Shown in pieces: positions 24,801 to 39,100 of a stretch of 64,000 bases of DNA; the stretch's first letter is position 1, and each line of letters begins with the position of its first letter. Under the pieces are notes generated by a model. It was not told the origin of the DNA, did no database searches, and was given only the letters and a program-made list of their open reading frames with translations. Made by a program: the position numbers and the translations under genes. This DNA is from Azolla caroliniana. Lineage: Eukaryota > Plantae > Polypodiophyta. The stretch is from NCBI GenBank assembly GCA_043228905.1, contig JBHGNT010000006.1, positions 4,898,001 through 4,962,000 of the forward strand. Direction: 5' to 3'.

Positions 24801-26171
24801 AACATTGCATAAGTTACTCTTCACCATTACACTATGAAACAATCTTTCCAATAGAAAAAACACAATCAATATAATAAAAACAATGCACACAGCGCGTGCA
24901 CATGACAAATGATTTTTGAAATTGTCCCAATTCAAAATCAATGAGATCTGGGCAGCTGCAAATCTATTCAAATATTTGGGAAGGCACCTCTAAGTTCGTA
25001 AGCGCCCATGATAAAAATAAAGAGGAAAAAAAATCTTAAAGGCTCTCTCATTGTGATTTAAGTGTCAATGTGCACAAGTAGACGGCCAAATGATGATATC
25101 CATAAAGTTCAGAAGAAATAGCGAGATCTTGGAATAAAAGAATGCAAGTTTTTTCCTTCAGGATGGAATTCTGAGCCTCAGCAAGGAAATGTTGTGCTTC
25201 TGTGAACCATTCACCCACTAACTTCTTCCACCCTGGCGTTGTCAAAAAACAGAAGTCTCTTTTTCTCTCTTTTTCTCTCTTTTTCTCTCTCTTTCTCACT
25301 CACTCACCCACTCTCTCTCCAGACGTTGCTTGGAGCTTTTCTTGCTAGAACTCGAGAGACTCTTAAAAGTTGCAGGACAGCCACACAAGCTCATGAACAA
25401 AGAACAATGACAACTTTCGTTAGCCCCATCACTCCTATTCATGCTACAAGTCAATTAAGGACTACGTCTATGGGCTCCTGACCAGGACAAAACAAAGGAG
25501 ATACAATAGATTGGGTAATACAAATTTGCCATGCATGCCTCATGAACCACGATCTCACCACCCTTATCATCAGATACAAGCCATTATCTACTGCCATTGC
25601 AGGTGCTCCCCTCGCTTGGGATACCTTTTCATTGTAGATCAGCCTATGCTAGAGATCTTTCGAAGAAAAAAATTACAATATATCTGACTTGAGAATCATG
25701 TACTGATAGCACGATTTCTTTAATCATTTTTTATATTATTTACTTTTTTTCCTTAGTAACAATTATTTTAGTTGTTCTCAAAGACGAGACAACACTTCCA
25801 ATGTAATCTCTTGTTTGGTCTTATAACCCCTTTTGTCCTCTTAAAATACGTTAATATATCTTTCTTTCTCTCTCTATTCACCCTGGTACTGTCAGAAAAT
25901 TGAGAGAACCCATGTTTGATCCTTATCATGGGCTAGGCCCCATCTTGTTTCCTGTAGATGTTAAAAGACACCTATCTATCTATCTATGCACTAAAATATA
26001 ACTAAAGCTTTTCATTAATATTCAGATGTGCATTGCTCAGAAATGGACTGAGTGCAAGGCAAGTTGGATTGATGAAACTGGCAATTGGCACGGTGCCCTA
26101 AAGAAAGGAACATGTATGGTGTGCTTTGATTCCTCATGAGAAGGATATGAATGTTCTTCTGGAAAAATTAC

Positions 26172-27771
26172 CTTTGCTCCACGTGGTGGTGTAGCTGGCT
26201 TTGCCGAGTTCGCAGATATATATGCGTATTTCGACTTCTTCTCTGCAGGTTTTAGAATTTGAAAAGAACACATGAGTGAATCATCGACACTCATCATAGC
26301 ACCCGAGTTATCGAATTCTCCACAATAGTTTGGAGCAGAGAAAATTGTCACGAGTTGCCTGTTGGCGAAAAACTCGTAGCCATCTTCTACCACCTTCAAT
26401 AAAAACACAATGTAGGATGTAAGTATTCCAGGTCTCAGTTAAACAGATGAAGAAATTTCAGCTCCAAAAAAACGATTTAACCTGATGAGCTCGGCAGATT
26501 AGATCCAGATCGTGTTTTTGTAGAAATTCGTTAATTTTATCAGCTCCAAATGTAAAGGAAACTCCTCTATCATTCTCGCCCCACTCTGAGACATCTTTAT
26601 CTGGATCAGCCCATAACAAATCACATAACAATCCTTGATCAGGTACATCGGTTGGTCTCGGTATTGCTCTGATTTGGTCTAGATGGTTTAATTCTGGTGA
26701 TAGTCCACCATGCATACATAGAATTTTGTCATCAATCAACGCAGCAACTGGAAGGCAATTGAAGCAATCAGTGAAAGTTTTCCATAGCCTAACGTTGAAC
26801 CTTCTCTTACATTCATCGTAGAACCCGTATATTCTATTGATAGAAGCACATTCATGATTGCCTCTCAATAGAAAGAAATTTTCCGGATACTTGATCTTAT
26901 ATGCTAAAAGGAGGCATATGGTTTCCAAGCTCTGTTTTCCTCTGTCTACATAATCTCCTAGAAAGAGATAATTGGCTTGTGGAGGAAGTCCACCGTATGC
27001 AAAAAGCCTTAGGAGGTCTGAATACTGACCATGGATGTCACCTGCAGAGCACAAGTATTGTGAGCACTTGATCTATAATTCATTCATTATCTTTCAATGT
27101 TCAAAGAATAAACTCGATGTATCAAAATCATTTCACAGTTTGGCTACTGGTCTGACTCCAAATTAATTAGCTTCTAAATGTTGAAAGATTTGTTATTGAC
27201 GGGTTATCTATGTATATATAATATATTTCTTTTGTTTTCCAACCCAGAACAGGGGTATATATGAAGAGAATAAAATCAATACGCTGCCGGCTGTCTGTCA
27301 CCCAATGCCCATGCATGAAGCAAAATTCAGATTCATGAATAATATATAGACTTGTGCATTCATTGGCCTCGAGCAAATGTCAAAACATGCAACACTCACT
27401 ACCATGTTCATTCCATAGCCAATGCCCATAGATGACGCAAAATTCAGACACATGAACAATATAGGCACTTGTATAAAACAACATGGCCAAAAACATTGAA
27501 TATCATATTATTTAAACAAGGAAAGAAAAAGGGACAGATATGAGATGACATGACATGACATCTCTGGGTTTTTATTATTATATGTGAGCTTACCACATAT
27601 TTTGATGGGTGCTTCGAGCTCCAGAAGGTTGGGCTGTTGCATGAAGATAGCCTTGGCTGCAAGACATATTCCTCTGATCTCGGACTCTGAGAGTTGGACC
27701 TGTTTTCCTGGCCTCGTTTCACGAACCTCCAAAAGGCGGCGAAGAATATCATCCAATGCAGCTTGGTCCAT
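26172..27771 (-). CDS. TOPP: Serine/threonine protein phosphatase PP1 catalytic subunit; terminal exon below 26172 unresolved
   Basis: [14 protein letters not shown]..., [44 protein letters not shown]. Exons ~27594-27771, ~26482-27041, ~26172-26393. Confidence 0.95.
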
Positions 27772-28405
27772 CAAACTCCAAAACCCTCTTTAGCAAAAGA
27801 CAAAAAATGGGGAAGGGAGGGGGGGGGGGGGGGGGGTAAGAAGAGCCCGAGAGATTTTATTTCTCTACCTGTGAGATGATTCAAGACTGCCCAGAAAACA
27901 GAGGTTTTTCAGTAAAAGGCTTAATAATGTGAAGCAGAGACAGAGATAGAGACAGAGACAGAGTCAAGTGGGGGTTTCGCTTCTCAATGGCGTTCCAAAG
28001 CACTCCATCCTGTATTCTGCTTTTTCGTCCTTCTTTTCTACAAATCAGAAGCAGAAGCAGAAGAGCAGGAGCAGGGGAGGAGGAGCAGGGGAGGAGAAGG
28101 AGAAGCAGGGGAGCAGGAGCTGCAATAATAGGTCGTCTTCCTGCGACTGTTTCTCCCTTCCATGGATATTTTAGCCCTCCATTCTTATTTTAAATAAGAA
28201 ATAGAAGAAATGGCTTTACACACAAAACTTACTTGAAACTTCTTCAAGGAGGAGGGGGAGGAGGCTCTCTCTCACTCTCACTCTCACTCTCACTCTCGCT
28301 GTTCTTAGGAGGTGTAGTAAGAGGAGGAGGCACCCAAAACTTGGCTGCCTCTTTTGGGCCAACCCAATGTATGTATGTATGAACGAATCTGTGTGTGTGT
28401 GTGTC

Positions 28406-28616
28406 TGCCCAGATGGATGTAGCTCAATTGTTAAGGTTGCCCAATGGAGACCATGTGGTCATGGGTTTAACCCCTACATTCCAAAGTGGCATCTAGTGAA
28501 TTAAGAGATATATATGAAGTATATAACTCTAGAGAGAAGTGAGAAAATTAGGTTTCAAACCCAATATGCAGTACTTGTAGTGTTAACAACTTACCACCAC
28601 TAGGGTAAGCTAATTA
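28406..28616 (+). mobile_element. ~210-bp SINE/MITE-like repeat with tRNA-like A/B boxes (copy 1)
   Basis: TAGCTCAATTG at 28420 and GGTTTAACCC at ~28464. Homologous to the reverse complement of 29845-30060. Flanked by (GT)n and (AG)n. Confidence 0.6.
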
Positions 28617-29844
28617 CAATAGAGAGAGAGAGAGAGAGAGAGCGAGCAAGAGCCCCTTTACTTTTAACTCTTCCTTTTCCTCAGTGCTTGTAGTGTTAAG
28701 AACTTACCACTAGGGTAAGCTAATTACAATAGAGAGAGAGAGAGTGTGTGTGTGTGTGTGCCCCTTTACTTTTAACTCTTCCATTCCCTCTATCACTCTC
28801 TTCAAGAGCCCTTTGTGAGGAAATTATACACGGCATCGCCACTTTGAGGAAGAGAGTCGGGATAAGTCCCACTCTAGGCCACAGTCGGTTCTTTTGATCA
28901 TCCATATTACTTTTAACACTAGGATCCTCTAATATCATTTTGATCATGTGGGCCCTACCATTTTGGGGGGATGTGTTGTGTGCATGATGCCATCGTTGAC
29001 TCCTTTACTGTCGATATTAAACAATGCACTATGTCATGTACCTCTTTAGTTTTTTTATTAAGTGGCAGAGAGATTCAACTCCAGTTATCGATGAGATTAT
29101 GAATATCTCACACCTTATTTTCTTCAAAGTCACACATCCACCTATCCAAACCTTAAATATAAACACAAGCAAAAAACGACTCAAAACAAAAACTTGTTTA
29201 AATGGTCAAAATATGGTGAAACCCACATAAGAACATTTCTCTCGCTCACCATAAAATATCATTCATTTAATAAGGTTGTGTGGAACAATCACGTGAAACA
29301 TTTATTAGTTAGAAGAAGGTGGGGTCAAGCATTATATCTAGTATTCTTGCTCAAACCAATCTTTAATGTGTCATATATCCCTCTCAATAATCATCTCATA
29401 ATCTTCGAGCAAGAGTTCAAAACAGGGAGCAAAACTTATTTTGCATCCCATGCAACCTAAATATATATTTAGGGCACCATTAGGATGTGCATAAGATCAT
29501 ACCATGGGATCTATTTCACCACAATGGCCATTTGGTCATATAATTAAGATTAATAAATGATCTAGTTGTGTTTGATCAAATGAAGGGAATTTAGAATGTC
29601 TTCAAAAAGTTTCAAACTTGTGATTTCTTTAAATAAGATATCCATTGTATTGGACATATGATCTCAAAACAAATGTATTATGATGAGTTTGAGAACGTCG
29701 AGGTCATATTGGACCATTAGAAGTTAGCCTATTAAAATAGATGAATATCGTCGGTATGTCGCTTTTAATAGTGTTTATATGTGTAGGTTAGATAGTGTTT
29801 TCTATATAGAACTAGATTGGGAGGATGTCTTTCCTTCTTTATCA

Positions 29845-30060
29845 TAATTAGCTTACGCTACTAATAAGTTGTTAGACTACTAGCACTACACCTTGGGTTC
29901 GAAACCTAATTTTTGCATCCCTCTATTACTCCATACATATCTCTTGCCTTACTAGTGGCATCTTACATAACTAGATGTCAATGCTGAATGCATAGGGGTT
30001 GAATCCATAACCTTTTGGTCTCCATTGGGCAACCTTATGAATTGAGCTACCATCTAGGCA
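29845..30060 (-). mobile_element. ~215-bp SINE/MITE-like repeat (copy 2, inverted)
   Basis: Reverse complement begins TGCCTAGATGGTAGCTCAATTCATAAGGTTGCCCAATGGAGACCA and aligns to copy 1 along its length. Adjacent to (CT)n. Confidence 0.6.
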
Positions 30061-30063
30061 AAG

Positions 30064-30107
<44 letters not shown>

Positions 30108-32024
30108 AGGAGATTGTAAAAGAAATGGTTGCTCTTCTATTTAGAGATAGCCACATTTGCAAAAATCAATACACTTAAAAGATACCCATAATGACAACAC
30201 TATAATCACCTATCTTAAAAGTTTGCATTTACTCGGGGCTATGTTACTACAATAGTAGGGGCATAACATTTGAAGAAGGAAGATTCAACACCACCAAATC
30301 ATGTGAAGTATGAAAGAGCCATGATATATGTTTGTATCTAATCACAACATTGTCAACCTGTATGGACTACATTCAAAGTACTATTTGATTACAAGAGTAT
30401 CATATCATTTTTCACTAAAAAAAGGTTTGACAATGACAATTACAATTACATGGAGCTACATTTAAAGTATTGTTTGTTTATGATAGTATCAAACGAATTT
30501 TCAATAAAAAGATTATCTACACATAATTGTGATGATCATGATAGAATATCTAATAGAATGATCTCTGATAAGGTGGAGTGGCTCTACTCTACACCGATAT
30601 TTAACCCCACAATTAGAACTTAGCACACGGTCATTACATAAATGCAAATATTTCATGTATAGCCTTAGGGCGTTTTCTTAATACTAATGCAATATCTTTC
30701 TTGGAAAAAAAGTGTGATAATCACGAGTTTCACATGTTGGAGATTGACGGTATGGTCACCGATTCTTTATATGTGGCCCCTAACTTGTCATAGCAAACGT
30801 GTTATTAGCAAAGGTTGAGAGTTGTATTCATGGATTATAATTCTCCTTATATTGCCAAATGCCATCGCTTAGATTTGGTCCTTTCTTTGATGATATATAC
30901 TTGTGGAGATGAAACAAACATTATATACTAGTTGTATAGTGCATCTGGCCTTTTTCATTTTAATACCAATGGAGAATATTTTTTATGGAAAAAAAAACAC
31001 GAGTTTCATTGTAGCTTATGATATCAACGAGGGCAACATAATATTGTTCCATTGTAAGGCATAGAATGATGCTTTTTCTTATACAAAAGTTTGGGAATAT
31101 CTAAACATAAGCACGAGAATAATAGCTTTACCATAGCTTATGATAACAAAGAGGTGAACATATTGTAGAAAAATATGTTTTTTCTAGTAGAATTTGTTTA
31201 GAAGATCAAACACATAATTGTGGGAATGACGAGGCTTTTGCTTTGAGGCGAGAGACCTATGCTTTATTGACTTAACATTCATGGTATATATCTACAATGT
31301 GGACCTTGCAGTTACATCAATTAGAGATTGTCAATGATAACTTTGAATTGTCAAAGAATGTATGTGGAATTGTTTATACATGCATGCCATTGAGAAGTGA
31401 TGGCAAGTGGATAACTTCAAAGAAATTGCCCATGATGAACACAACAATTATTTATGTAACAACTAACACTTAAGGGCTAGGTTATAGGCGGCGAGTAATC
31501 TTGAGGAAATGAGACTTTGTTCCGTACAATGGTTTCAATTGCTTAAGACTGGTTTCCGTATCATGGTTGTCAATGAGTTGCCACGTGATGCCTATTGATG
31601 AACGTGACAACTTGCTCATAAGCAAATTGCCAATGTCGAAATGACCCTTCCCATAACATCTCATTCCCTCTAATAAACATTGGTTATCACAATCAACTAC
31701 TTCTCGCGCATCCAATGTTTGACGACCACATATCTGTAAGAGATAACGAGGTGACTAAACCCAGACAACACTTCTTTAAATAAGATCAAGGTGATTGTAT
31801 GTCGTATGTCCGATGTCCGATGATGTGATGGCCGCCCGCCCATCCCCCCTATGTGGGGCCATCCCCTATCCTAGACCAGAGAAGGATTTGAGAACAGAAT
31901 ATATGTAGCTCAAAACAGAGCATGGAGAAGGGCAAAAGGGCTGTGCTAAGGAAGACGAGAAGCCCACCATGAAAGCATCCTCTCTGATAGCTGGTGTGGA
32001 CCCAGTGACTATGCAAACTCTTCC

Positions 32025-34849
32025 ATGTTCACAACTCCAGGGAAGATTAGGGTTTCAACCGTCCAACCTTCTTGTGGTAAATACAGGTCAGCTCATCATG
32101 GTCTTTCATCTGCAGCTGTGTTGGGCATGTGGGAAGAAGAAGATACAAGGATCAAACCAACAGCAACTCCATCCTTATCACCATCATATACACCTCATAA
32201 TATGCTCAGAGAGGATAATAGCTACTCTCAAAATGTTATTCTCCTTCGGCATTGCAAGCAAGGGACTTTGCACGATGCCATTTCATTCTTTGCTACAATG
32301 CAGAAGGATCTTTTCTCATGGAATATCATGATGTCCACATACAATCGCCTCCAAGACGGAGGAGATGAAGTCCTGGCGCTCTTCAATCAAATGCAACAAG
32401 AAGCAACAATCCCAAACAAGTTCATATTGGCTAGTATTATTTCTGCATGTGCAACACAAGGAGACGTATGTCCAGGTTTGTTTTGGACATAGACCTGGGG
32501 TTTCTGCTATAGTTCTGAGTAGAAATTGGGTTTGTGACTGGTATTATTCCTATTGACTGGATGTGTGCATATAACCAAGACATAGACATAGGGTGTTTCA
32601 CGTGAGGATGGATGGTTATGAGCTGGGGCTCACATCTATAGTGTGCATTTCTATAGTGTGGTCATATACATAGATAGGGTTTGTTGCAACTTACTGCGCT
32701 ATGGGCATAGAACTATATACTGAATATCTACCCCCGTGCACAGATCCCTTCTATATTTTTACTATGCTCTCTCTTATGTGTCGATCACCTTTATATAAAT
32801 CTAGCCTATGGTTGGAAATGTTATTGCAACCACTGGTCAAGGTATGACCTAGACCTTGTTACGCATAGAATGGCCACATTCTAACAAGCTAATCTCACGG
32901 GATTAATGGTTGAGAGTAAGACATTAGCGTTGAACATGTTTTCGTTAATTAATCATGTATAGTATGTTAATTATTTGTTGAGGAGAATTTTATCCTGTTT
33001 ACACTATACATGCTTGTATTGCTCAAGCTCGGGGAGACTTTTGTTATAATTTGGGTATCCCTAGTCAATTTTTGTGATAAGGTTGGTGAAATTGAGGTTT
33101 GTCACTGATTCTTTCATGTGCATATCTCCAGGTAAGCATATACATGCTCGCATTGCTAGATCTCAAGAAGGGTTTTGTTCTGATGTGGTAATTCAAAGTG
33201 CCATTGTCAACATGTATGGTCGGGTTGGTAAACTCAAGGTTGCTCGCCGATTGTTTGATGATAACCTTCTACCAGATACTGCCTTGTGGAATGGTATGTT
33301 AACAATTTGTTCCCAGAATGCCCAAGACTTGGATTGTTTAGTTCTTTATAGTCACATGGAACAGTTATGTGTAATGCAAAACAAGATCACATATGTGTTG
33401 ATGCTTTCTGTATGTTCTAAGATAACATCCTTAGCCGAAGGCAAGAAGCTACATGCTTGCATCACTGCCCTAGGCTGTGAAACTGACATCATGATTGGAA
33501 CGGCTCTGATTAATATGTATAACAAGTGTGGGCAGGTTGATAATGCAAAGGATATCTTTGGAAGAGCAGTGGGCCATGATCTTGTAATGTGGAATGCAAT
33601 GATTGCAGGATGTTCTCTGAATGTGAAGCCCGAGGATGTATATCAGCTTTATGCTCAAATGCAACAAGAGGGAGTGATGCCAAATGAAGCCACTTATACA
33701 AGCATTCTGGATGCTTGTACTAGCTCAAGTGAAGGAAAACGAGTGCATGCTCACATAATGGGTATGCCACTAGGCATAGGCATTATTGCAGGGGCTGCTG
33801 TTCTTAACATGTACGGTAAATGTGGTAGCCTGGATGAGGTGCACCGCTATTTCAAGGAAATGAATCACCGTGATGTAGTCTCATGGAACACAATGATTTC
33901 AATATTTGCCAAGAAGGGAATGAATAAACAAGCACTGCAGCTGTATGAAGATATGAGGAAAGAAGGGTTTGTGTCAGATAAGGTTACCTTTTTAAGTGTT
34001 CTCTCTACATTCATGACTGAAGTAGAGCTTGAGGAAGGGAAACGAGTGCATAAACATATCACATTTATGGGACTTGACCTAGATATCAGTGTAGCGAATG
34101 CTCTGATCAACATGTATGGAAAGTGTAGTGCTTCATTACAAGATGCTCTGGTGATCTTTAACAAATTGAGTGATCGAGACATCGTAACTTATGTCAACAT
34201 GATTTCAGCTTGCTCTAGCCAGGCTATCCTTGCTGAAGGCCAACGAATTCATTCTTTAATCAAGGAGAAGAAGATGGAAAGCAGTAGTATTCTAGCTAAT
34301 GCCATTATGAGTATGTATAGCAAATGCGGTAGCTTGATCAATGCACGAAGGATGTTTGATAAAATGGATGAGCAAAAAACTGTTGTATCATGGAGCACTA
34401 TCATTGCAACATATGGCCAGCATGGGGAAGGCACGGAGGTTCTCTACCTCTATGACCAAATGCAAAGAACCAATATAAGTCCAGAGCCTATTACCTTAAT
34501 CAGCCTCCTCTTTGCCTTTAGTCATGCTGGCCTTTTGGATGAGGGATGCTATAGCTTTAGCTTCATTACTAGTAAACATCAACTTGTTGTGTTGGACCAC
34601 TTCAATTGTATGATTGACCTTCTTGGAAGGATTGGATGTGTGGATGATGCAATATGTTTGATCAATGGCATGCCATTTCAGCCTAATAATATGTCATGGA
34701 GCATACTTGTTTGTGCATCTCAAGTTCACATGCATTTTGACCGTGCTGAGCTTGCTTCTGAATATGTGCTAGAACTCAATCCAGATGACACTACTGGATA
34801 TGTGGTCTTGTCCAATATCTACAATGCCCAGTGTCTTGATTCTGTATAG
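32025..34849 (+). CDS. PLS-class pentatricopeptide repeat protein with E-type C-terminus; exons 32025-32475 and 33132-34849
   Basis: Repeated ALINMYGKCG/DVVSWNTMI motifs; C-terminal HFNCMIDLLGR...YVVLSNIY. A phase-1 GT-AG intron joins ...DVCPG|KHIHA. No DYW domain. Start codon tentative. Confidence 0.88.
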
Positions 34850-36124
34850 CTTTCTCACCATTGTTCAAAGTAATGTAATATTCATGCTAGCATTAGTAGA
34901 AAATTGAGTGCAAGGCACATGTCTTCAAATGCTCTAGTATAAAAACCATTAAAATTTGACATCTGTTAATAAATCAGTTCAAAAACTTGGTAAAATTAAA
35001 GCATTGCGAGTTCTTAGTAAGACAACGTAATCCTGATATCTTACGATAAACTTGATACATCTCAAATAAGGAAATAACATTTTGATATTTTCACATGATT
35101 TCAATATTTCCAATGTGATTGGTTAGTAAACATGTTTCAAATTTGATTTATATATTCTTGAGTCTTTGCTAAAATTATGCTATTGGCTTCTTTGTAATAT
35201 ATACAGAAGTAGTTTGGAGACAGTGATTAGAATGGAGTTTCTTAATACCATTTCAATAAGTAACACTTCCATAGTCGTTATGTAAATATGATCATTTCAT
35301 GAGAGTTATGTATACTTCATAAGACATAACATATATGCCCATATGAAACATTGAAATCAAGAAATTAATCCTTTAAAACCTTTGCTTTCACCCACCTGTT
35401 CACAATAGTTCTTACAAGGTGAGTTGCCCCCAAATTAACAATTGATAGGATGTTTAATAATTAGCCTAATGATAGAAACTCGTTAATCAATCACTATATT
35501 CTTAAATTGACCCCAACTATTTAGCTGACCAATTAATCATTGGCAAATTAATCTTGCATTGGATGCTAATTGCTCCTAGCTAATTAAAACTGAGTGGCAT
35601 TTCTGAAACATTATAAGCCAACTCTCATATCTTCAAGCAAAAAATACAAATAAAGTCTGATCACTACAGTTGGAACATATGTGCTGTGTGTGATAACCTG
35701 GACACTGGACAAATGAAAAGTCTGCATGTGACAAAAGACACGTTTAAAGAGACACCTACCGGATTTATATCGACAGTTACCAGGTTGATAATTATTAAAT
35801 TTGGAATGAAATTGCACAAATGCGAATTGACATTTATAGAACTCCAAAAAAACTATTGTAGTATCATTACTCCAACTGAGGATGGGCATGAGAAATAATA
35901 CAGCATTTAGAGAACTAGTGAATCAGAAGTCCATCTGAGTAAGTCATTACTCTAATTAGAAATTGTGAATTGCATGTTCATAAAGTAAAATCTAAGAGAA
36001 CAGTTGCTAAAAACAATTGTGCTTCTGTGAAATAAAGATATCACGCACCACAGCACAAATTTGTTAAAAACTCACCACACAAGTAGTCCAGTCACCTTTT
36101 TATATAAATATTTTTGGAACAAAC

Positions 36125-39100
36125 TCAACCCTCATCTTCATCTTCTTGGCGCTTAACATCCACCGAGAACTCATATTCTTGGTCACAACCAAGATATGCA
36201 TCACACATGAAAAAGAGTGTATAATTCTTCCGACCAATCTCGGTAGGTGCGGTGAAATCAAGCTTGAATTTAGCTTTCCTCTGGAGAGAGACCCTCTTAA
36301 TAGCTAGAAGTTGGTTGCTTTTAGGGTCACCAACAACAAGCCACCACCCTTCTTGCTTTGGTTTTGGAAACCTTGGCGCATCAACAGGACCCAATTCTTG
36401 CCTACCATCTTGCTCTCTTTCCAGTGACACTTGAAGGGTCACATTATCACCAGCTGTAATGTCATCTTCATCTACAATCTCATATGTCACATCTATGTTA
36501 GGAAACCTATTACAAACTCTCGCAATGTCCAAGAGATGAGCATCGCTCATCTGCAAGAGCTCACGTCTCTCTTCGTCTTCCATTTCAACAAGCTCAAACA
36601 CAGTCTCGATGCTTTTCCCTGGATTCTCTTGGCATTTCTTTGCGAGCTCTTTGGTGAAATGTGGAAGCTGCAACAAAACGGAGTCATTCTCCCAAAGGCC
36701 TTGAGTCACCATCTGACTCATCTCCATGGCTGCAAGAGCAGGATTTAACCACCCATTACTGGAAATGACATCAACCATTGCTTGCAACAGCCTGCTTGAA
36801 TTGAGAAGCACTTCTTTCTGGTCTAGTGCAAGCACATTCCCTACTCCAACTCGGCTGAAATGTGCCTGTAACAACACATTTGCTTTCACATGTGGATCGG
36901 TAAACTTTGGTTTGTCAATTCCAAATCTCTGGTGATTAATCATCTTTCTCATCGTCTCTTCTTCTCCAGGCCTCATAGGGAGAGTTGAATATTCAGAGGC
37001 TGAGGCAAGTATCTCTAAAAGGCCTTTCATCTTTGTTTTCGCAGTCAAAGATGAGCTGAATAGCTCTATTGTTGTGTAACTGATGTAGTAGTACGAAGCA
37101 ATCATTCCTAAATTTAAAGGCGAAAGATCCATGTCATCTTCGATCGCAATACATTTGCTCGTTTCCAGATCAGAGATGGTTGTTTCCACAAGCTCAGAAA
37201 GATGATCTGAGAGATGTCTATGACTTGTACCTTGAAGATTGTAGTAATTAGGATTTTGTGTAAGGCGACGGTACATGAATGTCCAAGTTAAGTAATCTAC
37301 AGCATCTTGTTTGTTCTCAATTGTACGAACAACAATCTCCGCATTCAAATGGTCATGCAAGAAATGATCCAAGTGAGACTCTACAGGTAGTGGATCAAGC
37401 AAGAATTTTTTGTAATACTCCTTCCGTGGAGCATGGCAAAGGATAACACACTTACCAAACTTGTCCACTAGAGGGCGGCTTGCACGTCCAATCATTTGCA
37501 ATAGATCAGTGATAGGATAGTCAGTGTGAGCATTTTCTCGCCCATCAAAATATTGGGTTCCCATCACAATCACGAGATGAGCCATAAGGGTCATACCCCA
37601 ACACATTGTACTACTCGCCACACATACCTGAATTGCGCCAGCCGTGAATAACTGCACTACGATCTCTTGTTCTGCCTCACTCAGACCTTCGTGTAAGAAT
37701 CCCACACCTTGACGCAAGGCATCTGCAAGGCCTTTTTCACGAATCTTTTCCAGAAAAGGGGCAAGATATTCCTCTTTGCAGTGAAGAAACTGTGACTTTT
37801 CACTTCCATCTGCACTAGCATATGTAACTAGATCCAAAGCAGTCATCTTCGAGTGTTTTCTAGTGGGAACAAAAACAAGTGATGGCTTCCCCTGACTTTG
37901 TTGTAATATTGCTGAGTAAGTGGGTTTGATCATTGCTTGCACACGAGCATCAAAATTGGTAATATCAATCCCCTGAATGGTTATGTCAAGTGGCACTGGT
38001 CGAACACCAGGAGGAAAGTTGAAGAGACCATGTGAGCTTGCACCTATCCACTCTCCCATATCTTTTGCATTTGCAAGTGAAGTAGAAAGAGCAACAATCC
38101 TTATGTTGCTTTCACTCCTGCTAGATATGTAGCGCATTCGTGAGACAATAACTTCTAGTACAGGCCCTATCTGACCTCCTAGCAGGTGAAACTCATCAAC
38201 AATGAACAGATTAACTTGCTGCACATGTTTCCGTTGTTTCCACCTACGTGAGAGCATATCCCATCTCTCAGGAGTACTAACAATAATTTGAGATTTCTCA
38301 AGAATCTTAAGATCCACTGTTGTTTCCCCTGTAAGCTCGGCCACTCGACACCCCAGACCTCTGCCAAACTTTGCTTCCCAATCATGGTATCGCTCCTTTG
38401 CTAGAGCTTCTACAGGTGCTATGTAGACACATCTTGCTCCACCCTTTTCCTCAGCTTTATCTAGCATTCTCATCACTGCAAACTCTGCACAAATCGTCTT
38501 TCCACTACCTGTAGGTGCTGCAATTAGAGCATTATCATCTGTGTTATATAAGACTGTAAAAACCTGTGTCTGAATTGGGTTGAAATGTTTGAACTGTTGA
38601 TAAACTGCTTCAAATGCAGGATTTCTCAATGCTGAGACTGGAAGTGGTTGCAAATCTAGTAACTCAGTTGATGGAGGATATTTCTCAGGTAGTCTAAGAT
38701 GACGAAATGAAACTGGTAACATGGTTTCTGATCCTAACCATTTATCTGATATGACACGAATGAAATACTGTGGTGGCATAGGCTCGAATATTGGAACAGT
38801 AAAACTCAGATTATGATCTTCCTCCACATATTGCATCTTCAGGATGAAGTATTCATGATGAAGAATGTGTTCTCCATCATTATCTTCAACAATGACCCAA
38901 AAAGGTTCCACATAGCCATGCACCTTTTCTTCCCATTGGAAGTCTGGGGTAATTGTTAATTCTACTTTCAGCACAGATCTTGTGATTGGCAACACACGGG
39001 CAGCTAACTCTAATTTAGGGAATTGATGAATAAGCTTGTGCAGTAACTTTCCTTGCTTTGGAGCTCTGACCAATTCTCCGATTTCTTGGGAAGACAAATC

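Noticed and set aside
27960-28185. uORFs in the PP1 leader
   Set aside because: They probably lie inside a 5'-UTR intron (donor ~28232), are low-complexity and resemble no conserved peptide uORF I recognise.
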